Source: Candidatus Cloacimonadales bacterium (GTDB taxonomy: Bacteria; Cloacimonadota; Cloacimonadia; Cloacimonadales; JAFGVF01). Taken from it: a stretch of DNA of 64,000 nucleotides. The stretch covers positions 1,568,001 through 1,632,000 of the forward strand of contig OY759729.1 of NCBI GenBank assembly GCA_963662585.1, given 5' to 3'. Below are positions 1-10,405 of this stretch, one piece after another. The translations under genes and the position numbers were made by a program. The notes below the pieces were generated by a model. That model had not been told where the DNA came from. It did not search any database and saw only the letters and a program-made list of their open reading frames with translations. Within the stretch, counting starts at the first letter, position 1, and every line of letters starts with the position of its first letter.

Positions 1-465
1 TACCATAATGAAGAAGATTTATATTCTCTAACCAAAATATTAGAAGTCTGTACAAATTTGGATTTTATGGATTTTGATTACTTAGAAAAGTTTAAAATAG
101 ATAACTTTAGTGTAGCTAAATTTCTTGTAGATATTGGCTTAGAGAGTTCTTCTCTTCCCTTGTTAAAAGAGCTTGCCAACACAGATAAAGTTTCTGAGAA
201 TATCCTCCTACTTCTGACAAAATTACTTAAGAAAGAGAATGATTATCTTTCAGCAGTGGAGTATTTAAAGCTATTAGAAGCAACATCTCCTCTTATCTGT
301 TTAGAGTTATCTAAGATTTATGAGCACAAACTTAAAAATTTATCCCAAGCATTTTATTATGCCAGAAAAGCTTATCTCTTACTTCACGAAGAGCCTGTTT
401 TTAACAATACTTTAATAACTGAGTCAGAAAAAAGAATTACTCGACTTAAGAAAAAGTTATCTTAA
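1..465 (+). CDS. Partial (5'-truncated) RNase H-like (YprB/RNase_H_2) protein with C-terminal TPR-like helices
   Basis: Frame 1 is open from base 1: YHNEEDLYSLTKIL precedes the listed ORF and resembles the last catalytic HNxxD motif of YprB-type nucleases; the C-terminus LELSKIYEHKLKNLSQAFYY...RITRLKKK is helical/TPR-like. Confidence 0.6.
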   Translation, partial: YHNEEDLYSLTKILEVCTNLDFMDFDYLEKFKIDNFSVAKFLVDIGLESSSLPLLKELANTDKVSENILLLLTKLLKKENDYLSAVEYLKLLEATSPLICLELSKIYEHKLKNLSQAFYYARKAYLLLHEEPVFNNTLITESEKRITRLKKKLS

Positions 466-2705
466 GATTTGATATTTAACAACTTAACTTTAATCGTAGT
501 ATAGAGTCCTACTTTACTTTCCGCACTAATGATTCCACCATGTTGATGAATAATCTTATGGGCTAGATTAAGTCCTAGTCCTGTTCCATTCTCTTTATTA
601 GTGAAGAAAGGTTGGAATATCTTAGGTATAATATTAGCTTCAATTCCACAACCGTTATCCTTAAATTCTATAACAACAAAGTTGAATTCATCATAGGTTG
701 AGATTTCTATTAATCCTTCCTTCTCTGTACTCTTGATAGCATCAATAGAATTTAGGATGAAGTTTAAGAAAACAGTATTAATCTGCTTTTTATCAATAGA
801 GACTAAATCCAACTTACTGGCAGGAGAGTATTTAAGTTCAATGTTTTCCTTATTAAGCTTTCCTCTCACTAAATTTATCACTTCAGATATTACTCTGTGC
901 ATTGAAATTACTTCTAACTTAAAATCAATAGGCTGACTATAGTTTAAAAGTTCTTTGATTCTTACATTAGCATTTTGAGCATTTCTTATAATAATATCTG
1001 CGAATTCATCATTATCAAGGCTATGTTTCGATTTTAAAATCTGCATAGAAGCTATAATATTGGTTAAAGGATTCCTAATTTCATGGGCTAAGCCAGAAGC
1101 AATCTCCCCTACACCAGTAAGCCTATGAGCAAAAAGGAGCTGGTTAGTAGTAGATTTATGATCTTCAATTTCTGCTAGCAAATTTTCATTAGATAATTTT
1201 AATTCTTTGGTTCTTTCTTCAACCTTTATATTTAATAATTTAGATAGTTTGTCTTTAGATTTATATCTTTGAAAAGTAAGGACAGTAATTCCTGAAATAA
1301 GCAATAAAAGTGAAATATTAAACAAAATAGTATTCTTTTGATTAGCAATAGTTAGATTCTGTTGGGTATTCAACAAGTCTAGCCTTTGCTTTTCTTGATT
1401 AATCTTATCAATATTTTTCTGAGCCTCAAATTCAGCCACTAAATCTGCAACCTCATCTGAAGTTTCTTTCCTAATCTTGCTAATTAGTTCTCGTGAATAA
1501 GCTAAAGCTTTATCATAGAAACCAAAAGTTTCATAAAATTCTAATCTAGCATTTAAAAAATCCCCTTCTGATGCGGATCCCAATGAAGTTGTTTTAAGAC
1601 TATCACCAATCAGAACGAATTTCAAGGCATTGTCATAATCATTTAGTTTTGTATAATATCTGATATACTGATTAGTGTTTTCAATAGAAGTTTCTATAGA
1701 GGTATTGGACTCCACTAATTCATCGCTCAGTTTTAAATATTTCAATGATAAGTCCCACTCTTCTTTCCTTTCATAAAGTTGAGAAACAAGAGAGTAAAGA
1801 GAGGAAAGCATATCAGAAACAGCAAAATTGTTCTCTTCTTTATTACATATTTCAATCCCCTCTAAAGCATATTGAAGGGCTTTATCATAATCACCTGAAT
1901 TACCATAAGCAGTTGAGATATTATAAAGAGCTAAGGCAACTCCAGAATAGTCTTCTAAAGTATTATAAATATCAATAACCTTTTCATTATAACTTATTTG
2001 TCCATCATATTGTTCTAGGGCAGAATAACATGTTGCAAGGCTGAGATAAATCAAGGCGGTAGTATTTGAAATGGGAAATTGTTCTGTATATTTTTCAGCT
2101 TCTTTATAGAGTTCAAAAGCAGAATATAAATCTTCTTGTATTAAATTAATATCTCCTTCTAACATGTATAAATAAGCTAATATCCTAGTAGAATCTGCCT
2201 TTGTAGCATATTTACGACTTTTCTTTACCCAGCTTAAGGCATTATCAAAGTCATTACTATCTGTGAAAGTTGATGCTACCCATAAGGAGGAATTTGCCAT
2301 TAACCCCACATCACTACGAAGAGAATCAGCTTGGAAGATTTCTTTTATTTTGGGGATTGATTTAGAGAAATTCCATTGATAAGCATAAATATCATAAATC
2401 TTAAAATCTATTTCTCTCTTCTCTGTATAGTTTTTATAGAGAGAATCACTTTTTATCTTATCTAAGATATATAAAGATTGATCAGGATTATGAGCAAAGA
2501 GAAGAGAGTCTGCTAACTGAAAAGCTTCTTCTAGTTTCTGGCCAGAATTACTGACTAGGATTTCTTGATACTCTCCCCAAACAACACTTGTATCAACAAT
2601 AGAAATCATTGACTCTTGGCTATCATAATCTTTAGCAATTAAATATAGTGTATTAATAAGAAATAATAAAACTAATACCAAATTATTCCAATTTATCTTT
2701 TTCAT
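462..2705 (-). CDS. Membrane-bound sensor histidine kinase with periplasmic TPR domain
   Basis: Signal peptide, TPR-like repeats, one TM, coiled coil, H-box GLAHEIRNPL, N-box NFILNSIDA, DNGCGI, FFTNKENGTGLGL. Confidence 0.9.
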   Translation of the reverse strand: MKKINWNNLVLVLLFLINTLYLIAKDYDSQESMISIVDTSVVWGEYQEILVSNSGQKLEEAFQLADSLLFAHNPDQSLYILDKIKSDSLYKNYTEKREIDFKIYDIYAYQWNFSKSIPKIKEIFQADSLRSDVGLMANSSLWVASTFTDSNDFDNALSWVKKSRKYATKADSTRILAYLYMLEGDINLIQEDLYSAFELYKEAEKYTEQFPISNTTALIYLSLATCYSALEQYDGQISYNEKVIDIYNTLEDYSGVALALYNISTAYGNSGDYDKALQYALEGIEICNKEENNFAVSDMLSSLYSLVSQLYERKEEWDLSLKYLKLSDELVESNTSIETSIENTNQYIRYYTKLNDYDNALKFVLIGDSLKTTSLGSASEGDFLNARLEFYETFGFYDKALAYSRELISKIRKETSDEVADLVAEFEAQKNIDKINQEKQRLDLLNTQQNLTIANQKNTILFNISLLLLISGITVLTFQRYKSKDKLSKLLNIKVEERTKELKLSNENLLAEIEDHKSTTNQLLFAHRLTGVGEIASGLAHEIRNPLTNIIASMQILKSKHSLDNDEFADIIIRNAQNANVRIKELLNYSQPIDFKLEVISMHRVISEVINLVRGKLNKENIELKYSPASKLDLVSIDKKQINTVFLNFILNSIDAIKSTEKEGLIEISTYDEFNFVVIEFKDNGCGIEANIIPKIFQPFFTNKENGTGLGLNLAHKIIHQHGGIISAESKVGLYTTIKVKLLNIKS

Positions 2706-2720
2706 AATTCTCCCATTACC

Positions 2721-2749
2721 ATCACAGAAAAAGGAGAATAAAATGTCAA
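2721..2749 (-). promoter_or_regulatory. Putative sigma-70 promoter of the histidine kinase gene
   Basis: Minus strand TTGACA-N17-TGTGAT, ending about 15 nt upstream of the ATG. Confidence 0.4.
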
Positions 2750-2782
2750 TATTAAATCTCTTCTTCTTCTTAAGCTCCTTTA

Positions 2783-2885
2783 TTAATGCTCTCTTAATGC
2801 TCCATTACTATTATCTCGACTTCAATTTGGATTTTATATTGGTTCTCAGTCATGGAGCAGGGGAAGAGAAGGCAAGCTAAGGCAA
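2783..2885. repeat. Degenerate intergenic palindrome with ~11-bp periodic arms (copy A)
   Basis: TGCTCCAT-T-ACT (2798-2809) pairs with AGT-C-ATGGAGCA (2848-2859); TTAATGCTC occurs at 2783 and 2794. Confidence 0.45.
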
Positions 2886-2938
2886 AAGAGTAGAGATTAG
2901 TAAGGTTTTTCCCTCAAGCTTTGAAAGAGAATTTAGCT

Positions 2939-3766
2939 TTAATTCTTAATAAACACAATCCTATCTTTTCCAACTAAATCAGGAATTATTTCTACATTAG
3001 TGTAACTAAAAGCATGAGCTATATTCACAATATCTATAGCTTGTTTCTCTCCAATTTCAAAGAATACAGAACCATCTGGATTTAATATTTTCTTACTTAG
3101 CTCTATTATCTTGTGGTAGAAATAAAGTCCTTCCTCATCCCCAACCAAAGCCAGTTCTGGTTCAAATTCTCGCACCTCATAAGGGAGTTCAGAGTATTCA
3201 GCATGGCTAATATAAGGAGGATTGGAAACAATCAAGTCGAAGCTTCCCAACTCCTCAGAGTAAATATCAGCTTCAAAAAATCTAATCTTTACTCCATTAA
3301 GAAGAGCATTGGCTGCTGCTATTTTTAAGGCTTCAGGAGAGATATCAACAGCGACTACTTCAGCATTAGGAAAGATTTTCTTAAGCGTAATAGCAATAGC
3401 TCCTGAACCTGTACCAATATCAATAATCCTCTTAGGATTCTTTATCTGATGACTAATAGCCTCTATTAAAAACTCTGTTTCTGGACGAGGGATCAAGACT
3501 GCAGGGCTTACTTCAATTCTGTAACCATAAAACTCTGTATAGCCTAAAATATATTGCAATGGCTCATTTGTAGCTCTTCTAAGAAGCATATCCCTAATTA
3601 ATTTTTCTTGTTCATTGCTTAATCTTTGTGAGTAATACAAAGGAAGAGATAGTCTTTTAATAGCAGTTACTTCTTCTAAAATTAATCCAGCATTTAAGGA
3701 TGAATTCTCTATATTTGCTTGGTCTAGCTTAGCACAAGCTTCCTGAAAAATCTCTTTAATCGTCAT
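2939..3766 (-). CDS. prmC: Release factor glutamine N5-methyltransferase
   Basis: EPLQYILG, LIPRPETE, DIGTGSGAIA, SNPPY motifs. Confidence 0.97.
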   Translation of the reverse strand: MTIKEIFQEACAKLDQANIENSSLNAGLILEEVTAIKRLSLPLYYSQRLSNEQEKLIRDMLLRRATNEPLQYILGYTEFYGYRIEVSPAVLIPRPETEFLIEAISHQIKNPKRIIDIGTGSGAIAITLKKIFPNAEVVAVDISPEALKIAAANALLNGVKIRFFEADIYSEELGSFDLIVSNPPYISHAEYSELPYEVREFEPELALVGDEEGLYFYHKIIELSKKILNPDGSVFFEIGEKQAIDIVNIAHAFSYTNVEIIPDLVGKDRIVFIKN

Positions 3767-5004
3767 TATTTATCTTTCCCTGAAAAGCTCTCAATACTAT
3801 TAGCTATTCGCTCAAAGTTATAACTAGAAGGATTCTGGAATACTCTAAGTCCAAATTCAGGAACAACAGCTAAAAGATGGTCAAAGATATCAGATTGGAT
3901 GTCCTCATATTTGACCCAAGCTGTCTGATTAATGAAAACATAAATTTGAATTGGAATTCCATTATTATCAGCTTCTAATTGCCTAATTAGAAATATTAGA
4001 TCTTTATGAACGAAAGGATGATGCTTAAGGTAACTTGCTATGTAGGCTCTAAAAGTACCAAGATTAGTCATTCTTCTGCCATTAACTAGTACTGAATCAT
4101 CAATATTATTTTTCTTATTATATTCCGCTAACTCTTGCTTCTTATCAGTTATATATTCTTTTAAATATTCTATTTTCTCAAACTTAGCTATCATTTCAGC
4201 ATCGCAAAACTTAATACTGCTAACATCAAGAGTGATATTACGCATAATTCTTCTACCACCAGCCTCTTGCATTCCTCGCCAATTCTTAAAAGAGTCATCG
4301 ATTAATTTATAGGTTGGGATATTGGTTATAGTCTTATCCCAGTTTTGAATTTGGATATTATAAAGTGAGATATCAATAACATCGCCATCAGCACCAAATT
4401 TAGGAACTTCTAGCCAGTCACCTATCTGAATAATATCACTGGTTGTGATTCTTACACTAGCAACAAAAGATAAAATTGTATCTTTAAAAATCAACATTAG
4501 TACTGCAGTCATTGCTCCTAATCCACTTATTAAAACTAAAGGATTAGTATTGATGAATATCGAAACTACAACCAAAAAGCCTAAAATATAAAGCACAATC
4601 ATAAATACTTGTATAAAACCCTTAATGGATTTACCTCGTGATATTTCTAGGGTTTTATAAATATCATTTAGGGCATTGAGCAGATTTCCGAAAAATATTA
4701 GCATCACTATTACAACTAAAGATGAAACAAATTTTGCTAAGATTACTCCACTATACTCAAAATAACTAGTAAATTGATAAATAAATAAAAGAGCAGGTAA
4801 AGGAACTAAGCTTTTGATTACCTTCCTTTTTATCATAAAATCATCCCAAGTTATCTTACTCTTGATAATAATCTTATGAACTATCTTCATAGCTAATCTA
4901 CTTAATAAATAGATTATCCCTGCTAATACTAATATTATCATACTTCTGACTACACTCGGTAAAATAGAGTGTTCAGGAAGTAAAGATTCAATAAATTCAA
5001 TCAT
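3766..5004 (-). CDS. Mechanosensitive ion channel, MscS family (YbdG/MscM-like)
   Basis: Several TMs, GLGAMTAVLMLIFKDTIL, GDW..ADGDV, QNWDKTITNIP, NWRGMQEAGGRRI; start moved to ATG 5004 behind a GAGG RBS. Confidence 0.9.
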   Translation of the reverse strand: MIEFIESLLPEHSILPSVVRSMIILVLAGIIYLLSRLAMKIVHKIIIKSKITWDDFMIKRKVIKSLVPLPALLFIYQFTSYFEYSGVILAKFVSSLVVIVMLIFFGNLLNALNDIYKTLEISRGKSIKGFIQVFMIVLYILGFLVVVSIFINTNPLVLISGLGAMTAVLMLIFKDTILSFVASVRITTSDIIQIGDWLEVPKFGADGDVIDISLYNIQIQNWDKTITNIPTYKLIDDSFKNWRGMQEAGGRRIMRNITLDVSSIKFCDAEMIAKFEKIEYLKEYITDKKQELAEYNKKNNIDDSVLVNGRRMTNLGTFRAYIASYLKHHPFVHKDLIFLIRQLEADNNGIPIQIYVFINQTAWVKYEDIQSDIFDHLLAVVPEFGLRVFQNPSSYNFERIANSIESFSGKDK

Positions 5005-5097
5005 TTTATACCTCAATTATATTGTAAATTAATGTTTGAAGATAAACATAAGTGAATGAGAGGGATGTCAAGGGAAAAGTAAATGATAGCAATTAAG

Positions 5098-5144
5098 AAA
5101 AAAAGGCTTGCTCACTAATTTGTCTGATTTAGAATGAATTGCCT
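5098..5144 (-). terminator. Possible intrinsic terminator ending the pho/sigma operon
   Basis: Minus strand imperfect hairpin AGGC..TTCA..CTAA/TTAG.TGAG..GCCT followed by a T7 tract. Confidence 0.4.
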
Positions 5145-5170
5145 GAATTAAAACTTATCGGACTAACTCT

Positions 5171-5680
5171 TTATTCACCTTCTTCATCGATTTTAAATCC
5201 GTGAGATTTAAGTCTTCTTAAAGCTTTTTCTCTAAGTTGTCTTACTCTTTCGCGGGGAAGGTTAAGCTGTTTAGCCACTTCTGAAAGGGTAAATTCATGT
5301 TGATAAAGCTTAATAATGACCTGTTTTTCTAAGAGAGGAAAATTGTCAGGAAACTCAATTGAGATAGTTTCTGAAGTTGTTGGCAAGGTATCAAATTCTC
5401 TTTCGTGTAAATTTTCATTGTACTCTGAAAAAGGAAGATTAGAATCTTGCCCGATATAATCTAAAATATATTTTTTAATCCAATAAACAGCGTAAGTAGA
5501 GAACTTAGTATCTTTTCCCTCATCGAAATTATCTACAGCTTTAATTACCCCAATCATTCCCTCTTGCATTAAATCATCAAGCGGGTGATTGTTTGAAACA
5601 TACTTGAGAGCGATTGACTTAACCAAAGGGTAGAGCTCTGCTATCCTCTCATCATATATTTTATCTGAAATCTCTTTCAT
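5171..5680 (-). CDS. Small sigma-70 family RNA polymerase sigma factor (regions 2 and 4 only)
   Basis: Region 2 DDLMQEGMIGVIKAVDNFD...KFSTYAVYWI; region 4.2 TLSEVAKQLNLPRERVRQLREKALRRLK; 169 aa; overlaps the phoR stop. Confidence 0.9.
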   Translation of the reverse strand: MKEISDKIYDERIAELYPLVKSIALKYVSNNHPLDDLMQEGMIGVIKAVDNFDEGKDTKFSTYAVYWIKKYILDYIGQDSNLPFSEYNENLHEREFDTLPTTSETISIEFPDNFPLLEKQVIIKLYQHEFTLSEVAKQLNLPRERVRQLREKALRRLKSHGFKIDEEGE

Positions 5681-7418
5681 AGGTATTATCTTGGATAAGC
5701 GGTAAAGTTATAATAAATTCAGTACCTTGCTTTAATTCTGACTTTGCGGTGATACTTCCATTATGAAGACTAATGATATGTTTAACAATGGAGAGTCCTA
5801 ATCCTGTTCCACCATTCTTTCTATTTCTGGATTTATCAGCTACATAGAAGCGTTCAAAAATCCTGGGCAGATGTTCTTTAGGAATACCATCTCCACTATC
5901 TTTGAGCGAAATAAGCATTTTATCTTCTTGTAATTTAGCAGAGATATAGACTCCCCCATGTGAAGTATAACGAATAGCGTTATCTATTAGATTAACAAAA
6001 ACCTGTTCAAATTTAAACTTATCTACTTCAATTTCAGGTAACTCTTCAGAAATATCTATCTTTAATTGCAGATTATTTACTTTAAGTTTATCCTCAAATA
6101 TACTCTTAGTTTTATCTAAGAAGTGTCCTAATTTTACCTTAGAAAGAATTAAGGTAGGACGCTGTTCAAGTTTAGCAAGAGCCTGGATATCATTAATTAG
6201 GGAGATAAGACGCTCTGAATTTCTGTCTATAATATTTAGATACTTAAGTTGATTAGGATTAGCTTCCTCTATAAGATGTTCAACAAAGCCTTTAATAGCG
6301 GTGAGAGGAGTTCTAAGTTCATGACTGGCATTAAGGATAAAATCCTTTTTAAGCTGTTGCATCTCTTTAAGTTCAGAAATGTTATGGAGAAGAAAGATAA
6401 TTTGGTCATCATTAATTTTAGAACTACTTAAGATAAACCATTTATCAAGTAATTTAATTTCGGTAACAGTATCTGGAGAATCAGGATTAATCTTTTCAAT
6501 AATAGCTTTTACTTCTGGGTCATGGATTAATTCCCAGTAATATTTACCACAGTACTTTTTTGATTTAAATAATTTTTGGAAGCTTGTATTAGAGAGAATT
6601 AACTGACCATCATAGCTTTGCACCCAAAGAATTTCATTAATTGAATTAATAATAGTTTCCAAAGTATAGCTTTTTTCTTCTAATTCTGAGACGGTTGTGG
6701 CTAATTTATCAGCCATTAGATTAAAACTCTTAGCTAAATCCTCTACTTCATCATGACTCCTAAAATCCACCTTTCTCTTAAGGTTACCTTGACTAATATC
6801 ATAACATGCTTCTTTAAGTCTTTCTAGTGGTTTAGTGATTTTTCTGGTATAGAAATATGCAACAATCAGGGCTAGGATAACTACAATTAAGGAAGCTTGC
6901 AATATCCCTTTTCTAAAATCATTAAGGAGAAGAGTAATTTCTGTGATTGGTACACTAAGACGGGAGACATAGTGAATTCGATTATTTTGGAGAATAGGAA
7001 CAGCAACATATAGCATCTCTTGATGAATAGTTGCTGAATAACGAATAGCAGAGCCAACTTCCCCATTAAGAGCTTTTTTTAATTCAAAGCGTTCTTTATG
7101 ATTCTCCATCTCATGAGGGTCAGCATCGGACTCTAAGACAACTTTACCATTGATATCAATAATGGTAATTCTGGCCTGTATTGTTTCAGAAATATGTTTA
7201 ACTCTCTCTTGTAAGGCAGAATAGTTCTCACCGATTAAATCATATTCTATTAATTGAAAAGTAGATCGAGATTGCTGAATCAGACTATTCTCTAGTCTGG
7301 CTAAATGCTGTTCTTTTACTAATTTAAAAGATATATAATAGATGAGTGAGATTAGTACTATGAAGATAATGATATAACTAAGTAGAATTCTACTAAAGAT
7401 AGAGTTTTTCTTAAACAT
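5661..7418 (-). CDS. phoR: Phosphate regulon sensor histidine kinase
   Basis: 2 TM, sCache-like region, HAMP, PAS-like region, NASHELRTPLTAIKG, RIFERFYVADKSR..GGTGLGLSIVKH; downstream of pst/phoU/phoB. Confidence 0.9.
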   Translation of the reverse strand: MFKKNSIFSRILLSYIIIFIVLISLIYYISFKLVKEQHLARLENSLIQQSRSTFQLIEYDLIGENYSALQERVKHISETIQARITIIDINGKVVLESDADPHEMENHKERFELKKALNGEVGSAIRYSATIHQEMLYVAVPILQNNRIHYVSRLSVPITEITLLLNDFRKGILQASLIVVILALIVAYFYTRKITKPLERLKEACYDISQGNLKRKVDFRSHDEVEDLAKSFNLMADKLATTVSELEEKSYTLETIINSINEILWVQSYDGQLILSNTSFQKLFKSKKYCGKYYWELIHDPEVKAIIEKINPDSPDTVTEIKLLDKWFILSSSKINDDQIIFLLHNISELKEMQQLKKDFILNASHELRTPLTAIKGFVEHLIEEANPNQLKYLNIIDRNSERLISLINDIQALAKLEQRPTLILSKVKLGHFLDKTKSIFEDKLKVNNLQLKIDISEELPEIEVDKFKFEQVFVNLIDNAIRYTSHGGVYISAKLQEDKMLISLKDSGDGIPKEHLPRIFERFYVADKSRNRKNGGTGLGLSIVKHIISLHNGSITAKSELKQGTEFIITLPLIQDNTYERDFR

Positions 7419-8107
7419 TACACCTCAAATTTATAGCCAATACTTCTGATATTCTTGATATATTCTCCAACTTCACCTATCTTAGAACGCAAGTTTCTAA
7501 TGTGCACATCAATGGTTCTATCTAAGACAATTTTATCATTTCCCCAAAGGTGGTTAAGGATTTGTTCCCGAGAGAAAACCCAACCAGGATGTGAAGCAAG
7601 TAATTCCAGAATCTTAAATTCAGTAGTAGTTAAAAATACTTTTTCACCACTAATTTTAATTTCAAATTTGCGTTTATCAATATGGAGGATGTTTCCGATA
7701 GTAAGAAAATCTGAGTTAGCATTACTCACTTCAGAACGACGGAGAACTGCTTTAATTCTTGCCACTAATTCCCGTGGAGAGAAAGGTTTTGCTAGGTAAT
7801 CATCTGCTCCAAGCTCTAATCCCAACACCTTATCAAGCTCTTCACCCTTAGCTGTAAGCATTATAATCGGCAGATACTTATATTTTTCAGAACTTCTAAT
7901 AATTTTACAAATCTCTGTTCCCTCTATATCAGGAAGCATAAGATCAAGAATTACTAAATCAGGTGCACTTGTCTTAAGCATTTCTAAGAAGTCAGTGCCC
8001 TTATCAAAAGTCTCTACAGCAAAACTTGCTTTAGTAAGTTGAAGTTCTAACAACTCCAAAATATCATGTTCATCATCAACTACAAAAATAGTTTTTCTAT
8101 TCTCCAT
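7418..8107 (-). CDS. phoB: OmpR-family response regulator of the phosphate regulon (PhoB/PhoP)
   Basis: VVDDE, LDLMLP, MLTAK, GADDYLAKPF, RTIDVHIRNLRSK; genomic context. Confidence 0.88.
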   Translation of the reverse strand: MENRKTIFVVDDEHDILELLELQLTKASFAVETFDKGTDFLEMLKTSAPDLVILDLMLPDIEGTEICKIIRSSEKYKYLPIIMLTAKGEELDKVLGLELGADDYLAKPFSPRELVARIKAVLRRSEVSNANSDFLTIGNILHIDKRKFEIKISGEKVFLTTTEFKILELLASHPGWVFSREQILNHLWGNDKIVLDRTIDVHIRNLRSKIGEVGEYIKNIRSIGYKFEV

Positions 8108-8760
8108 TATGACTCCTGAATATGGTGTTTGATTACAGTTCCTTCTACTAAATAAATAGTACTTTCACTGATATTCGTAGCCAAATCAGCTATTCTCTCA
8201 AACTTAGCAGCAATCCTGAGAATATGCAAACTAGGCTCAATATTATTAGTTGTATCTTTTAAAATATTCTTAATATGACTATAAAGTTCTTCATAAAGTT
8301 TATCTACTTCATTATCACGATTACCAATAGTCCTTGAGGTTGCCACATCTTCATCAGTGAAAGCCATGATACTATCTTGTAGCATAGAATAACTCTTTTT
8401 TGCCATTTCATAAAGTTCTTTCATACTAAAAATAAGAGAATCATCTTTCATAGCTTTAAGACTATGTGATATTTTATAAGCTAAATCGCCCAAGCGTTCA
8501 AAATCATTATTCATCTTTATAATCATCAAGACATAGCGTAGGTCTTTAGCCTCAGGTTGATACAAAGCTATTAAAGCTGCACATCTATCATCAATTTCTA
8601 ATTCTAATCTATTTACCTTATCTTCATAATAAGCAACATCTTCAAGAATAGCTACATTCATATCAGCCATGGAACTAATACATAATTCTATCATTTTCTG
8701 AATATAGCCTGCCATATCCATAAGGCTCTTTTTCAAATCAATTATTTTAGGTGTTAACAT
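8107..8760 (-). CDS. phoU: Phosphate signalling protein PhoU
   Basis: QPEAKDLR, DFERLGD, FERIADLATNISE. Confidence 0.95.
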   Translation of the reverse strand: MLTPKIIDLKKSLMDMAGYIQKMIELCISSMADMNVAILEDVAYYEDKVNRLELEIDDRCAALIALYQPEAKDLRYVLMIIKMNNDFERLGDLAYKISHSLKAMKDDSLIFSMKELYEMAKKSYSMLQDSIMAFTDEDVATSRTIGNRDNEVDKLYEELYSHIKNILKDTTNNIEPSLHILRIAAKFERIADLATNISESTIYLVEGTVIKHHIQES

Positions 8761-8786
8761 TATATCTTCTCCTTAGAGTAATTATT

Positions 8787-9545
8787 TTAGCCGAAGACAC
8801 CAGTTAGATAATCTTCTGTTCTTTTATCTTTAGGAACAGTGAAGACTCTCTTTGTTTCGCCAAATTCAATTATATCACCAAGATACATGAATGTAGTATA
8901 ATCTGATATTCTTCCTGCCTGAGCAATATTATGCGTTACTATCAATATAGTAACTTTATCTTTTAAGTCAATACATAATTCTTCAATTTTTGCAGTTGAC
9001 TTTGGATCTAAGGCTGAAGTAGGCTCATCAAGCAATAAAACTTTTGGTTGATTTGCTAAGGCTCGAGCAATACATAGCCTCTGTTGTTGACCTCCAGAGA
9101 GAGATAAAGCTGAAGTGTGAAGTCTATCTTTCACTTCATCCCAGATCCAAGCATCACGCAAACTTTTCTCTACTACTTCATCAAGCACTGATTTCTTCCT
9201 CTCACCCCTAATCTGCAATCCATAAGCCACATTGTTATAGATTGTTTTAGGAAATGGATTTGGTCTTTGAAATACCATTCCGATTTGAGTTCTTACTTCT
9301 GTTACATCTACCTTAGAATCATAGATATTTTTCCCATCTAAGAGTATCTGACCTTCGATTTTACATTCAGGGATTAAATCATTCATTCTATTAAAACTTC
9401 TTAAGAGGGTTGATTTCCCACACCCAGAAGGACCAATCAAAGCTGTTATTTTCTTCTCATAAACTGTAAAATCTAAATCATGAAGCACGAAGTTATCATT
9501 GAACCAGAGCTTCAAATTCTGTGTTTTTATTAATTCTTTTACCAT
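8787..9545 (-). CDS. pstB: Phosphate ABC transporter ATP-binding protein
   Basis: [40 protein letters not shown]. Confidence 0.97.
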   Translation of the reverse strand: MVKELIKTQNLKLWFNDNFVLHDLDFTVYEKKITALIGPSGCGKSTLLRSFNRMNDLIPECKIEGQILLDGKNIYDSKVDVTEVRTQIGMVFQRPNPFPKTIYNNVAYGLQIRGERKKSVLDEVVEKSLRDAWIWDEVKDRLHTSALSLSGGQQQRLCIARALANQPKVLLLDEPTSALDPKSTAKIEELCIDLKDKVTILIVTHNIAQAGRISDYTTFMYLGDIIEFGETKRVFTVPKDKRTEDYLTGVFG

Positions 9546-10393
9546 TGTCGTGATTTCCTTATTTTATACCTTATTATTATTGCTGTAGCTGATACTAACA
9601 AGACTAAGAGTAACAATACTACTGCTGTTCCGTAAGCAATCGGAACTTGTTGTTCAGGCTTAGAACCTTCAGTCATTAATGCATAGATATGGTAGGGTAG
9701 AGCCATAACTTCGTGATTAAGTGCTGTTGGTAATTTTCTGGAATAAAAAGTGGCTGCAGTGAACATAATCGGGGCTGTTTCTCCTGCTACTCTGCCGATA
9801 CTAATAATAGCTCCAGTGAGAATATTGGGAAGAGCTGTAGGAACTATTACTCTAAGAATAGTTTGTCTTTCTGTTGCACCTAAGGCTAGCGAAGCTTCTC
9901 TAAAACTTTTAGGAACTCCTCTTATTGCTTCTTCACTCGAGTTAATTATCACAGGAAGAGCTAATATTGCTAAAGTTAAAGCTCCTGATATTAAAGAAAC
10001 TTCCAACTGCATTATTCTAACAAACAAGGTGAGTCCAAACAGACCATAAATTATAGATGGAACTCCCGCTAAAGTATTCACAGCAATTCTTACTATTCTC
10101 ATCAACCAATAAGGTTTTGCTAAGTGTACCATGTATATAGCAGTGAAAACACCTAAAGGAAGAGCTATTAAGATAGAAAGAAGAGTTAGATATAAAGTAC
10201 CTACTAAAGCTGGGAAGATGCCCCCGGTGGTCATTCCTTCTCGTGGTATATCAGTAAGGAAAGTCCAGCTTAATACTCCACCACCTTTAGAGAAGATAAT
10301 GTATAGAAAGGCAATAAGAAAAAAGGCAGTGAATATGACACCTAATCTCAAGAAGCCTATCCCGATATGTTCTTTAAATTTTCTTTTATTCAT
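9539..10393 (-). CDS. pstA: Phosphate ABC transporter permease PstA
   Basis: [41 protein letters not shown]. Confidence 0.95.
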   Translation of the reverse strand: MNKRKFKEHIGIGFLRLGVIFTAFFLIAFLYIIFSKGGGVLSWTFLTDIPREGMTTGGIFPALVGTLYLTLLSILIALPLGVFTAIYMVHLAKPYWLMRIVRIAVNTLAGVPSIIYGLFGLTLFVRIMQLEVSLISGALTLAILALPVIINSSEEAIRGVPKSFREASLALGATERQTILRVIVPTALPNILTGAIISIGRVAGETAPIMFTAATFYSRKLPTALNHEVMALPYHIYALMTEGSKPEQQVPIAYGTAVVLLLLVLLVSATAIIIRYKIRKSRQW

Positions 10394-10405
10394 AATTCTC
10401 CTCCC

